This document shows, one piece after another, positions 1-10,099 of a stretch of 32,363 nucleotides of DNA. A model generated the notes under the pieces. The model searched no databases, was not told the origin of the DNA, and saw nothing but the letters and a program-made list of their open reading frames with translations. Positions within the stretch are counted from its first letter, which is position 1. Each line of letters opens with the position of its first letter. The translations under genes were made by a program, and so were the position numbers. The stretch comes from a virus (lineage: Duplodnaviria > Caudoviricetes), in IMG/VR virus record IMGVR_UViG_3300033417_000652, positions 1 through 32,363 of that record. One strand, 5' to 3'.

Positions 1-117
1 GCGCGCGGGACGCACTCGAACCAGGGTGGCGAACCACCAAAAGGCCCCATCTCGAAGCGCAGGGGGCAATTCTTCACGCGACGGCCAAGCGTCGCAGGAT
101 CTGGTATCCGGTTCCAT
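1..117 (-). CDS. Possible 5' fragment of a gene running off the left edge (MEPDTRSCDAWPREELPPALRDGAFWWFATLVRVRPAR...)
   Basis: ATG at 117-115 is open to the window edge and lies downstream of the operon terminator. There is no strong SD and it is too short to assess. Confidence 0.2.
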   Translation of the reverse strand, partial: MEPDTRSCDAWPSREELPPALRDGAFWWFATLVRVRPAR

Positions 118-225
118 AGTCGAGTCGTTCCAGTCAGGCCGGGCCCCTTCGCCCGGCACCCTACCAGCAACCCGCAACTCGCCCAGCATCTGGACTCACG
201 GCCCAGAGAGGGCCGATTCAGTGTC

Positions 226-263
226 GAAAGGGGAGAGCCAGCCCGGGACGGCCAGCTCTCCCC
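226..263 (-). terminator. Probable intrinsic terminator ending the structural operon
   Basis: On the minus strand GGGGAGAGCUGGCC-GUCCCG-GGCUGGCUCUCCCC forms a 14-bp stem whose two G:U pairs work only on this strand. It is followed by a short UUUC and lies about 45 nt after the last gene. Confidence 0.65.
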
Positions 264-308
264 AGCAGGAGCCGCGGGAGGTGCTCGCGGACCTGCGCAC
301 CGATGAGG

Positions 309-800
309 TCAGGGAGCGGACGCGGCGAGCAGAGCGAGCTCGGGCTCGTCGAGTCTGGCGGCGGTGGTCACCACCAGCACCCGCGCCAAGCCGATCAAGA
401 GTATGGCCCTCTGGCGCTTCAGCGGATCTCCCTCCGCATCCAGGATCGGGACGATGCCCTCGACCGCAGTCAGCACGGCGTTCAGGGCGTACACCAGGCT
501 CGCCCGGTCCTCGCCGCTGCCCGACTTGAGGTAGGCGTCGAACGTCGCGCCCACGGCGTCTGCGGCAGCCTGGGCCCGCCGGAAACGCTCCAGCTTGCCC
601 GGGTCGTCCTCGAGCAGCACCAGCGCCTCGATCGTGGGCTCGATCGCCTGGCGGTACACGCGCAGATCGTCACGCACCGCTTGCAGGTCGCCGCCACTGG
701 AACCCAAGGACGGGCAGCCCGTCAGGCCGAGGACCACGAGCAGGAAGCACGCCGAGCCGAGCAGGAAAGGGCCGAGCAGGAAGAACAGGGAACGAATCAT
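309..800 (-). CDS. Phage lipoprotein, 163 aa (helical; function unknown, spanin or exclusion role possible)
   Basis: Hydrophobic N-terminus ending in a lipobox (LGLTG/C), GGAGGT SD, and an ATGA overlap with the upstream giant gene. Confidence 0.75.
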   Translation of the reverse strand: MIRSLFFLLGPFLLGSACFLLVVLGLTGCPSLGSSGGDLQAVRDDLRVYRQAIEPTIEALVLLEDDPGKLERFRRAQAAADAVGATFDAYLKSGSGEDRASLVYALNAVLTAVEGIVPILDAEGDPLKRQRAILLIGLARVLVVTTAARLDEPELALLAASAP

Positions 801-3800
801 CGGTCACCTCCGAGGAGTTGGTCGTACGTGGGCAGGGCTTGTTTCGTGGCCCGCTCCTCAACCGCCTCGAAGGGCGCCACGTCGAAGACCTGCGGGCCAA
901 ACACTTCCGTGAAGGACGTTACTTCCGAGGGTGCCACCCCCTCAAGGGCCGCCTCGATCTCTCTCATGCGGCCCTGGTTCTTGCTGCCGAGCCGGTCCGC
1001 ATCGAGATCGAATACCAGGCGGTCCCAGATGGCCGACCACATCGACAGCCGATCCCGGTCGGGGTCTGGACCAGCCACCTTCTCCCACATCACTTTCAGC
1101 AGGTCGGACGGGTCGGCGTTGCGGGACCAGACCGCCGAGGCCAGTCGATCGGCAATCGCTGGGTCCAGCTCGCGCTTCAGCGCGAGCGACAGAAAGAGGC
1201 GCTCCATGTCCTCCGAGGACGCCTCCAGTTGTCCGAGCGCCACGTCGATCCAGGCCCGCTGCTCGCTGGCCGGCTGGCGCGCGATCAACTGGGCCAGCGC
1301 CGAACGCCGGTCCGGCTCGCCGCGCTTGGGTGCCTGCTCCGGGTCCAGGACATAGCCCCGCTGCTTGTCGCCCACGACGTTGGCCGGGAGGTCGAAGTAG
1401 CGCTGGTAGATCGCCATCAGGGGGGTCAGCCCTTGCAAGTGCTCCTCGTAGCCATCCCCGAACCAGGTCACCGCGGCGCCCTTGATGGTCCGGCCCGCGC
1501 GGGCGGCGATCGCCTCCTTCTCGTCGGTCGAAAGCGCCGGCGGCAAGGCATCCTGCCCAACGAAGGACAGCATCCGCTCCCCGAAGTTGCGCCGGTCAGG
1601 GACGGTGCTGTAGCTGGAGACCTGCCGCACCGGTAGCACCTGCTCGACAGCCAGGCCACCAAGACGCTCCAAGAGACCGCCCATGACCTTCGGGCTGCGG
1701 CTCACGCCACCCCACACCTCGTTCCACGAGCGGCCCCCGAACCCGATCTCGAGCACGCCGCGCTGCCCCAGCGAGGACGGCAGCGTGCCCAGACCTCCAC
1801 CGGAGGGCGAAGACCAGGTGCGCGCGAAGTCGAGCACGGCTTCCGAGACGGATTGCGCGCGCGTCTTGCCCGCCTCGCCTCGTGCCAGCTCGCTCCACTC
1901 CATCAGGGTCTGGATCATCGCGAAGGGCAGGAATCCGATACCCACGTCGGACGCGGTCTTCTCCGTGTCGCGCGGCCCCTCCTCGCCGAGCTGACGCAGC
2001 CGGGAGATTCCAGCCGGGAACAGCGGGTGGTCGGCGCCCATGAACTCCGCCATCGGAATGAACGTGGAGCGGCCGTGCTTCTTCGGTCCGACCGTGGTGA
2101 AGGCGGCAGTGCCCTGCCTGCCGCCCGTGCTCCACCACAACTTCCATTGCCGCATCCAGTCCATGCCCTTGACGCGCGCGGAGGCGGGCATCGCTCCGTT
2201 GACCGGAGATGCAAGCCGGAGGTTCTTGAGGTTCTCGCGCAGCACCACCTCGGCCTCGGGCGAGATCCGCTCGTTCGCCATGTGCCCGTGACCCGTCCGC
2301 GCCTCGAACCTGTCCTCTTCGTCCCCGAACACGGCCCCCACCGACTTGAAGCCGAGGTTGATCAGGCCCATGCCCACTAGGAAGTTCACGGGGTTGTCGA
2401 TGAGAGCGCCGCTGAGAGTCGGCCACATCGAGGCGCGGTACATCCAGAACGGACTCGCCAGACCCATGCGTACCAGGCCCGTCAACTGTGCGTGCCGCCT
2501 CGCCCCAGCCTCGCCTTTGCCGAGCAACTCCAGCGCACGCAACCGGGACGGCGAGCTGACCCCGGAGCCGAACTGCGTGGTCCACTCCCGGATGTGTGGG
2601 TTGACCCGGGAGTAGTCGCCCGTGCCCTCCGCTCCCCACTCCACCGCTTCCCGCAGCGTCATGCCTGCCTCGAGGCCGCGGAACACCGCGGCGCCTTTCA
2701 GCGCGACCTCCGTCGCCTGGTACATGGTCTGCTGGGCCATGATGGCCTCGGCGTGCGCGGCGGGCTCGGCCGAGCCGAACAGGGCCGCTATGTTCTGGTC
2801 GAGGCTCTGGACACTGCGACCGGCGCGCAACTGTCCCATGCCGATCGACTCGAGGAACTCCTGCCCGGTGCTTCCCGGGGGCTCGCGTCCCCCCAGATCC
2901 GTGCGACTGGGCCGCATCATCGAGGAGAGCATGTCCGCCGCGCCCTCGCCAAACGCCGTGCTGACCAGGGTCGAGGATCCCAGCTCGCGCACGATCGCGT
3001 CCATGACGAGCACGCGGTAGCGTGCCTGCGGGTCGGTGGGCAGCTCGCCGCGACCAGCGCGATCCCACTTCACGTATTCCAGGGTGGCTCCGAAGCTCTC
3101 GAAGTAGTGGCCCTTGCCCAGCGCCACGCCCTTGAGGAAGTCGAGGAATGACACCTTGCCGGTCAGGTGGTTGGTGGCGATCGACGTGGTGAAGTTCAAG
3201 AACCAGTGCTTCGGGTTCTGCACGGTCCGCAGCCTCCGCCAGTAGAGCGTGAGCCGCTGTACGGGATCCGAGAGGTTGAGGGTCGGGTCCATTTGATCGG
3301 CCAGGATGGACAGCTCCTTCCCGAGCTCCTTCGGGATGTAGCCGTCCTCGAGCAGATCGAACGCTCGCTGCAAACGCGGACCGATGGTCACATCGCCACG
3401 AGCAGCGGAGGCCTTGTAGCCTTCGATCATGTCGTAGAGGCGGGTCTGGTTCTCGTTCGCCTTGCGGCGCCTGGCCACGATCAGGTCGGCGTCGGCCTCG
3501 CTCATCTTCCCGGCCACGACCCGCGCGCTCTCCGCTGCCGTCAGTCCCTCGATGTGCGTCAGCTTGCCGTTTGCGTCGTACACGCGGACGCCCGTCGCCA
3601 GCTTGCCTCCCAGCGGCTCCTGCGCCTTGTCCAGGAAGGCGCGCTGGAACGGCGTCATGGCCGCGTGCTCGCTGGAAGGGACGAGCGCGAGCGATTCGGC
3701 CAGACGGGCGAGACTGTTCGCGCCACGGATCGAGGACGCCTCCTGCCAGACGCGCATCGGCACGACGTAGCGCACGTCGTACATGTGCTGAAGTGCGTCG

Positions 3801-6800
3801 ATCACGTCTTCGTTCTCGCGGTGGTGCTGCCAGGTCTCGACCCGGAACGCCGAGAGCCCGGCCTGCTGCCTGGCGACGATACTCTCCCGGGACAGCGGCG
3901 AGTTGACCCAGCGCGGCAGGTAGTGGCCCATGCGGGCCATGTACTGCTCCTGCGTGAACAGATTCGCGTGGACTCCTCGCTTCCCCAACTGGTTGAACAG
4001 GAGCACGATCTCGTTCATGACTCCGAACAAGTGGTCCGGCGCCCCCGGAAACGCCTGGCGCCAGTGCTCGACGTCACGGATCTTCAGCCAAGCCTTGCCG
4101 GCGATCGCCTTCCCGAGGAACTGCGCCTCGACCGCGGTCAGCGAGTGATGCTTGAGCGCGACGCGGCGCAGGATGTCCGCCGTCTCCTGCATCATGCGCT
4201 GCTCCATCTCCTTCTCGCCAACCAGAATGCGGCGGGCCGTGAGGCTGGCCTCGGACACGCGATCAGGCGCGATGGAGCCCTTGTTGGCGAGGTACTTGGT
4301 GAGCCAGGGCAGGAACAGCGCCTTGTTCATCGCCTCCGTGAGCCGGCGTCGCTGCCGGCCGCGCTGCCACCAACTCCCCTCTTCCCCCATCCAGGTCGTC
4401 AGGCGGCGCAGCGTGAGCTTGCCCTGTCCGCCGATGAGGGGGTAGCGGGGTGGAGCGGGGAACGCCTTGCCGAGCGCCCAGCCGAACATGGCGGGAAGGG
4501 GCGTGGACCACATCTCGACGATGTCGTTGTCCCGCGCGACCTCGGCCAGTGCGCCGCGTGTCTCGAGGTCCAGTTGGCGGTGGAACCATACGGCCAGGTT
4601 GTGCTCCACGAACTCGCCGAGGATGATCGCCTCGCCGGTCTCGGTCTTGATGTGACGCAGGGCGCCCGAGGGGAACAGCTCGGGGAAGGCGGTGGGGTCC
4701 CCGAGCACGCGCAAGACCTCGTCGGGGATGGGCTTGTCAGCCGCCATCGCGCCGCGGGCGTCGATGATGGCCTGCACGAAGACGGCGGCCGAATCGCCCC
4801 CGACTTCCCGGGCGCTCTCCCGCATCTGATGCTGGGCGAAGTCGGCCGCCGTCTTGGCCGCCTTGACCGCCTGCTCGAACGCGAGGTCCGGGTTCTCGAA
4901 GACCGGGCTGCCGTCCGGGTTCAAGGACTCGCGGAACCGTTCGAGCAACCAGGGGTCCTCGAGGTACAGACGCCGCATGAGGTTGCGCGGCGCCTCCGTG
5001 CCGTAGGACTGCGGGCTGTCGAGTCGAGATCCCTCCGGTAGCAGCGGGTCGAAGCCGCCCGTCTGCCAGTTGAAGACCGTCAGGGCCTCCAGGGCGCTCC
5101 AGGCTCGACGCCCGGCGCGGGCATGGAGGATGTACGCCTCGGCCGCCGTCGCCTGTCTCCCGGCTTGCTCGGCCGCCCGCTGGGCATTCTCCACGATCCC
5201 GCCCTGCTCGCCGATGCGGAAGGCCTCGCGCTTCCCCCGGCTGCGGAGTTCCGGGCGCCGGCCGCTCACGCGCTCGTAGAGCAGGTCCGTCAAGAAGCCG
5301 AGCGTCTTGCCTGCCTTGGGCACCACGGTCTCGGCCCCGGCCCTGCTCTTGGCCCGCCCGAGGACGGCGGTGGCGACCCGGCTCATGAGCTGGCCGCGCA
5401 GGTCCCGCAGCTCGAGGCCCTGAGCCTTCAGAAGCTCCGTCTTGATGCGCGGGATCCCAGACAGGAACGCCTCCTGGTACGCCGGATCGTCCACGATGCG
5501 GATGTACCCCTCCTGCTTCAGGATCTCCGCGGCTGCTGGGTTGGGCGGGTTGGAGGCGCCCCGGCGAGCCTCACCGGGCGGGTCGAGCGCGATCAGGGAG
5601 AGCAGTCGCCGGGTGTCCGAGCGCCCCATCTGGCCGGCGGTGAGCAGCCGTACGCCATTCGGGCCGAGCGCGCTGCGGGCCTCTCGCTGGGCCTGCTTGG
5701 ACAGGCCCGCAGCGTCCACGAACATCCGGTCCCGCACCGTCTCCACGTCCTTGACGGACTGGTTCGTCAGGGCCGCGATCAGCGACTCCCACGATCCCGT
5801 CGAGCGCTTGGTCGTGGGCTGGAGCCCGGTAGCCGCCAGGAGCCCGGCGGTGATGCTCTCTAGGAGGTCGGTGTGCACCGCGGCCTCGGCGGTCTGGCCG
5901 TTCGCCCGCAGCTCCGCCGCGCGCAGGCTGTGGATGTAGGCGTTGACCACGGCGTCAGCGAGCGCGTGGTGTCCGCTGGCGCGGAACGCCTCGCGGCCCG
6001 CCCCGAAGGCGGTCGCCCGATCACCCTCCGCCCACAGCACTGACCTCGCCGGCACGGGCGCGGGCTGCTCTGGGACACCTGGCGTCTGCCGCACCCGCTC
6101 GGGGCGGGTGAGCGTGTCCTGCACGGACTTGGCCGGGCCACCGGCCCGCTCCAAGCCGTGGACGAGGTCGGCATCGAGCGCATCGGCCGTCTCCGGCCGC
6201 TCGATCGAGGGCCCCTCGGGCGGCGGCGCGGCCACCTCCTTGGCCTTCTCGCGTGCCGCCGCTACGGCCCTGTCCAGGAGCGCACCTTCCGCCATGTCGT
6301 AGGCGCTCAAGCTCTCCTGGATGATCTCCTCCGGGCTCTTGCCGAGGTTGTCCGGGTGGTCGCGGAGCAAGCGGTACACCTCGGCCAGTGCGTCCGCGAG
6401 GTCCTTGCCGGTCGGGACGTTGGCCCCGTCCTCGAACTTGGGCTCGCCGTACTCGGCGACGTAGTCGGCGTACTGCGCCTCGAGGTCGGTCTGCCTGCGC
6501 TTGGACTCGCCCTCGGCGGATGCCTCGATCTCTTCGGGCTTCCTGAGCTGCCGTGCGAGGGCGTCGTAGAACTGGTCGAAGGTGATGTCCGCCGGATCGC
6601 GGCCAGGGAACCAGCCCCTCCCGGCCGCCAGGTTCTTGGCCACCTCCCACGGGATGCCCTTCGGGCTGCCCCGCGGGTGGACCACGGGAGGGAGGCCAAA
6701 GTGCTTCTTTCCACCCTCGCGTTCGGTCAGGCGCCTCAGCTCCCCGGAAACGTCCTCGTCGCCCCGCAGTCCGCCGTGCGCCCGCACGAAGGTCTCGAGG

Positions 6801-9800
6801 TCGATGTCGCCCTCGGCCCTTTGGAGCCTGTTGATCCGCTCCTGCCAGGCTTCTCGCGCAGCGGCTTGTTTTCGGAACTTCTGGGCGCGCTTGACCGCCT
6901 CGGCGCGCAGGGCGTTTTCGCGGGCCGTCTGGGACGCCTCGATGGCGCGGGCGAGGGTTTCGGCTTCTGGGCTGGAGCGCGGCTCCGCCTCGGGCGGGGT
7001 CTTCGTGAAGCGCACGCGGCCGGTCTCGGGCTGCCGCTTCGCCTCTCGGGCGAGCTGAGAGAGCAGGTCCCGCTGGGCTTCCGTGGCCTCCGGCAGGCCG
7101 AGCTGGGTGCGGATGTCCTCGTAGGGGATGAGGGCAGGCCTGGCGGTCTGGGCCCGCTTGGCGATGCGGTCCGAGGCTTCCTCGAGGCCAGCGATGCGTT
7201 CGGTGATCTCGGGAGCCGCCGGCAACTGGCGAAGCATCTCGATCCTGGAGGCGATCTCAGCCTGGAGCCGATCGAGCGGCATCTCGAACGGGAGCGCCTG
7301 CTGCTCCTGCCGTTCCGGCCTGGCCCCGGGCTTGGCCGGCTCGCCCGGGGCTGGCTCTGGCTTGGGCGCCCGCTCCAGCTCACGCACCAGCCCCTCGATC
7401 AGTCCGGCGTCCCAGGCGAGCTGCTCCTGGCGCAGGCGGTAGTCGGCCTGCCGCCCGCCTTCGGCGCGTCGTTCCAGCTCGCCCTTGAGCAGCTCGTAGA
7501 CCGCCCCGCCCGCCTCCGCCCGTCCGCCCTCGATGGTGAGGTTCTGGCTCTGGGCGGCCAGCTCCAGCAGCACATGCTCGTCGAGGTGCTGGAACGCATG
7601 CCGCAGCCGGTCAGGTCCGGCGGCGTGCCGGTAGATCTCGAGCACGTCGCTGATCGGCATCTTGCTCAGCGCGACGCCGGGCACGTCCCCGCCCAGCCAG
7701 TCGCCGACGTCGTCCGCACGACTCTCGGAGATGTGCTTCGACACCTCGAGCTCGCTCATGCGTAGGTAAGTGTGAGCCCAGGCCTCCCCGGCGATCGGAA
7801 TCTGGAGCTCGGTGGCGGCCACGACGCTCTCCAGAATCTCGGACATTGCCCGTTGCATCTCCGGGGAGAGCATGGCCCTCGCCCCGCCGTTGCGTTGGTG
7901 GTGGTAGTGCCCGGCCTGGACCGAGACGAAAGCCAGAGCAGTAGCGAGGGTTTCGGGTTTGGCGAAGGCCTCGGCCATCAGCTCGGCCGCGCCGCCGGGG
8001 TCGGTGAAGGGGTCGAACTCGATGCCGCGCTCGGCGGCCAGGACGAGCGCCCCCTCGTAGGAGCCGAACATCAACCCCACGAAGGACGTGTCGATCAACT
8101 GCCCGACGAACTCGCGCTGGATCTTGCCGGCGAAGTAGCGGTCGGCGTGGGCAGCCACGGCCGCGCGCACGTCGGACTGTGACTTGAGCGCGCGCTGGGC
8201 CGCGGCGACCAAGCCCTGCATCTCAGGGGCGCCCGCATCGTACTTCATGTAGAAGTCGCGGCTCTTGGTCAGAGCGGCCGAGACACGGCCCGAACCGATC
8301 GCGGCGACAGTCTCGCCGAACTTCGTGCGCGCCATCCACCCCGCCGTGTAGCGCGCCGAGCGCACGCCCTTGCCGAAAGCCACCAGCGAGATCGCGTTGC
8401 TGGCTCCGCGGTGGATCGAGGCCGCGGGATCGAAGTGCCCGCGCACCGCATCGTTCACCACCTCGTACCAGGCGAACTCGGGGATGTTCCACATGTCGAA
8501 GCGGAACGGCCGCGCGGGCACCTTGGATCTGCGGGCGCCCTCCATCGCGCCCTTGCCGAGGGCCCCGCCCATCTCCGTGACGTAGGCGCCGATGCCCTTG
8601 CCGCGGCCCACCGTACGGATCCCGAAGGAGCCGACCTTGCCCAGGCCGCGTAGCGCGAAGCTGCCGGCCTTCGCAATCGGAATGAACTCGGTCATCATGA
8701 CCGTGGTCTGGATGAGCTTGCGCCAGAACCCCGGCGGACCCGCTTCCTCGACGTAGGCGCGCAGGAACTCCGGCTGCTGCATGATCTGGCGATCGAGGCT
8801 CGGGTTCCCTGTCAGATTCGGAAGCAGCATCGGACCGTAGGGCGTCTCGATCATCTCGGGCAAGGCGTCCAGGCCCTTGCCTCCGAGGTGGAAGTACGCG
8901 CCGACCACGGTGTGGCCGAGCAGTCCACCGTCCTGGCGACCGCGAATCTCGGAGATCAGCTCGTCGTCCAGATTCAGCTCGACCACCTCGCCGTCCGGCA
9001 ACGGGATCTTGAGCTGACCTCCGAGCGAGAGGTTCGGGATCGGAATCTCCTCATCGCCGATCACGACCGAGCGCCGTCCCGTCGCCTCGTCGGTCACGAG
9101 CGGCGCCTGGAGGATGTCGGCCTTCCTGATCGCGGCCGGATCGAACACGAAGGCGATCGTGTCGCGCAGCTTCGAGTCGATCTTGAATCCGCTGGGCGGC
9201 TCGCCGAGAAAGGAGATGAAGGGCTCGTCCCGTTCGGTGAAGACGCCGCTCTGGATCTTCCCGTCCCGGATGATGTTCTGCGCGCCGGGGCCGGGCTCGA
9301 AGCCGAGGTTGTGCAGGCTCTCCTCGGCGTCGAGCAACATCTCGTCCGCGCCGGGCACTGGCGCGGCCCTAGCGAGGAACTTGCCCGTCTTGTCCAGGGC
9401 GCGCTCGAGGAACTCCTCTTTCTTCTCGAACACGCTCCCACCAGTCGCGTTCGGCTGGTCGTAGAGGAACTGCTCCTCGCTCTCGTCCTTCAGTGCGAAC
9501 CCGCGCGCCTCGCGCAGCTCTTCCCGGCTCTGCGCGACCTCCTCCTGCGCGAGGTCGGTGGGCGACAATTGGCCCATCTTGCCGGCCAGGTTGAAGTCCT
9601 GGAGGTCGTAGTATTCGGGGCGCCTTCCGAAGACGCGCACCCTGCGAGTCCCGTCGAGAGCGGAGACCTCGTACTGGTACACGCGGCCGTACGCTTCGTG
9701 CTCGGTGGACCCGAGGTAGATCGTCTCGCCGGCGTTCGCCCGTTTGAGCAACTTCTGGCGCTCCGCCCAGTTGTCCGCGAACTCCAGCGTGCGGACCACC

Positions 9801-10099
9801 TGGTAGAACAGGTCGGGATCGGTGACCTGCCAGTCCCGGATGCCACGGAACTCGAGATCGTCGGCGCCCCACACCGCGATCTCGCGCGCGTCGAGCAGGG
9901 CTTGGCGCCTCTCTCCGTCGTCGGTCTCGTGGGCCCGCCGCGTCAGCTCGAGCAGCTTGGAGACCCACTGACCCTTGGTGTCGAGACGGTCCGGGTCCTC
10001 TTTCGCGCGAGCCACCGCCTGGCCGAGCAAGGACGAGAACGGCTCGTCCTGCGCCTCCCCGGGTGCCGGTACGGAAGACCGAACCGGATCCTGGATCAC
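797..10099 (-). CDS. Giant 3100-aa probable internal virion / DNA ejection protein (large polyvalent protein-like)
   Basis: 9.3-kb ORF with GAGGAG SD. It is the last and largest of three genes after the nozzle, as with T7 gp14-16 and P22 gp7/20/16. It has Gly/Ala-rich hydrophobic segments, an internal FVRAHGGL..GEL motif, and C-terminal WRRLRTVQNP..N, GDYS and SPFW motifs that recall large phage ejection proteins. Confidence 0.7.
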   Translation of the reverse strand: MIQDPVRSSVPAPGEAQDEPFSSLLGQAVARAKEDPDRLDTKGQWVSKLLELTRRAHETDDGERRQALLDAREIAVWGADDLEFRGIRDWQVTDPDLFYQVVRTLEFADNWAERQKLLKRANAGETIYLGSTEHEAYGRVYQYEVSALDGTRRVRVFGRRPEYYDLQDFNLAGKMGQLSPTDLAQEEVAQSREELREARGFALKDESEEQFLYDQPNATGGSVFEKKEEFLERALDKTGKFLARAAPVPGADEMLLDAEESLHNLGFEPGPGAQNIIRDGKIQSGVFTERDEPFISFLGEPPSGFKIDSKLRDTIAFVFDPAAIRKADILQAPLVTDEATGRRSVVIGDEEIPIPNLSLGGQLKIPLPDGEVVELNLDDELISEIRGRQDGGLLGHTVVGAYFHLGGKGLDALPEMIETPYGPMLLPNLTGNPSLDRQIMQQPEFLRAYVEEAGPPGFWRKLIQTTVMMTEFIPIAKAGSFALRGLGKVGSFGIRTVGRGKGIGAYVTEMGGALGKGAMEGARRSKVPARPFRFDMWNIPEFAWYEVVNDAVRGHFDPAASIHRGASNAISLVAFGKGVRSARYTAGWMARTKFGETVAAIGSGRVSAALTKSRDFYMKYDAGAPEMQGLVAAAQRALKSQSDVRAAVAAHADRYFAGKIQREFVGQLIDTSFVGLMFGSYEGALVLAAERGIEFDPFTDPGGAAELMAEAFAKPETLATALAFVSVQAGHYHHQRNGGARAMLSPEMQRAMSEILESVVAATELQIPIAGEAWAHTYLRMSELEVSKHISESRADDVGDWLGGDVPGVALSKMPISDVLEIYRHAAGPDRLRHAFQHLDEHVLLELAAQSQNLTIEGGRAEAGGAVYELLKGELERRAEGGRQADYRLRQEQLAWDAGLIEGLVRELERAPKPEPAPGEPAKPGARPERQEQQALPFEMPLDRLQAEIASRIEMLRQLPAAPEITERIAGLEEASDRIAKRAQTARPALIPYEDIRTQLGLPEATEAQRDLLSQLAREAKRQPETGRVRFTKTPPEAEPRSSPEAETLARAIEASQTARENALRAEAVKRAQKFRKQAAAREAWQERINRLQRAEGDIDLETFVRAHGGLRGDEDVSGELRRLTEREGGKKHFGLPPVVHPRGSPKGIPWEVAKNLAAGRGWFPGRDPADITFDQFYDALARQLRKPEEIEASAEGESKRRQTDLEAQYADYVAEYGEPKFEDGANVPTGKDLADALAEVYRLLRDHPDNLGKSPEEIIQESLSAYDMAEGALLDRAVAAAREKAKEVAAPPPEGPSIERPETADALDADLVHGLERAGGPAKSVQDTLTRPERVRQTPGVPEQPAPVPARSVLWAEGDRATAFGAGREAFRASGHHALADAVVNAYIHSLRAAELRANGQTAEAAVHTDLLESITAGLLAATGLQPTTKRSTGSWESLIAALTNQSVKDVETVRDRMFVDAAGLSKQAQREARSALGPNGVRLLTAGQMGRSDTRRLLSLIALDPPGEARRGASNPPNPAAAEILKQEGYIRIVDDPAYQEAFLSGIPRIKTELLKAQGLELRDLRGQLMSRVATAVLGRAKSRAGAETVVPKAGKTLGFLTDLLYERVSGRRPELRSRGKREAFRIGEQGGIVENAQRAAEQAGRQATAAEAYILHARAGRRAWSALEALTVFNWQTGGFDPLLPEGSRLDSPQSYGTEAPRNLMRRLYLEDPWLLERFRESLNPDGSPVFENPDLAFEQAVKAAKTAADFAQHQMRESAREVGGDSAAVFVQAIIDARGAMAADKPIPDEVLRVLGDPTAFPELFPSGALRHIKTETGEAIILGEFVEHNLAVWFHRQLDLETRGALAEVARDNDIVEMWSTPLPAMFGWALGKAFPAPPRYPLIGGQGKLTLRRLTTWMGEEGSWWQRGRQRRRLTEAMNKALFLPWLTKYLANKGSIAPDRVSEASLTARRILVGEKEMEQRMMQETADILRRVALKHHSLTAVEAQFLGKAIAGKAWLKIRDVEHWRQAFPGAPDHLFGVMNEIVLLFNQLGKRGVHANLFTQEQYMARMGHYLPRWVNSPLSRESIVARQQAGLSAFRVETWQHHRENEDVIDALQHMYDVRYVVPMRVWQEASSIRGANSLARLAESLALVPSSEHAAMTPFQRAFLDKAQEPLGGKLATGVRVYDANGKLTHIEGLTAAESARVVAGKMSEADADLIVARRRKANENQTRLYDMIEGYKASAARGDVTIGPRLQRAFDLLEDGYIPKELGKELSILADQMDPTLNLSDPVQRLTLYWRRLRTVQNPKHWFLNFTTSIATNHLTGKVSFLDFLKGVALGKGHYFESFGATLEYVKWDRAGRGELPTDPQARYRVLVMDAIVRELGSSTLVSTAFGEGAADMLSSMMRPSRTDLGGREPPGSTGQEFLESIGMGQLRAGRSVQSLDQNIAALFGSAEPAAHAEAIMAQQTMYQATEVALKGAAVFRGLEAGMTLREAVEWGAEGTGDYSRVNPHIREWTTQFGSGVSSPSRLRALELLGKGEAGARRHAQLTGLVRMGLASPFWMYRASMWPTLSGALIDNPVNFLVGMGLINLGFKSVGAVFGDEEDRFEARTGHGHMANERISPEAEVVLRENLKNLRLASPVNGAMPASARVKGMDWMRQWKLWWSTGGRQGTAAFTTVGPKKHGRSTFIPMAEFMGADHPLFPAGISRLRQLGEEGPRDTEKTASDVGIGFLPFAMIQTLMEWSELARGEAGKTRAQSVSEAVLDFARTWSSPSGGGLGTLPSSLGQRGVLEIGFGGRSWNEVWGGVSRSPKVMGGLLERLGGLAVEQVLPVRQVSSYSTVPDRRNFGERMLSFVGQDALPPALSTDEKEAIAARAGRTIKGAAVTWFGDGYEEHLQGLTPLMAIYQRYFDLPANVVGDKQRGYVLDPEQAPKRGEPDRRSALAQLIARQPASEQRAWIDVALGQLEASSEDMERLFLSLALKRELDPAIADRLASAVWSRNADPSDLLKVMWEKVAGPDPDRDRLSMWSAIWDRLVFDLDADRLGSKNQGRMREIEAALEGVAPSEVTSFTEVFGPQVFDVAPFEAVEERATKQALPTYDQLLGGDR

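Noticed and set aside
1-60. Possible tRNA fragment or att site (GGTGG-TTCG-CCACC hairpin and GGTTCGAG on the minus strand)
   Set aside because: There is no T-arm stem around GTTCGA and no cloverleaf, and no partner repeat was seen in the window.
797-10099. Tape measure protein or virion RNA polymerase as the identity of the 3100-aa ORF
   Set aside because: No tail tube or chaperone genes and no periodic TMP repeats were seen, nor DxDGD or T7-type polymerase motifs.
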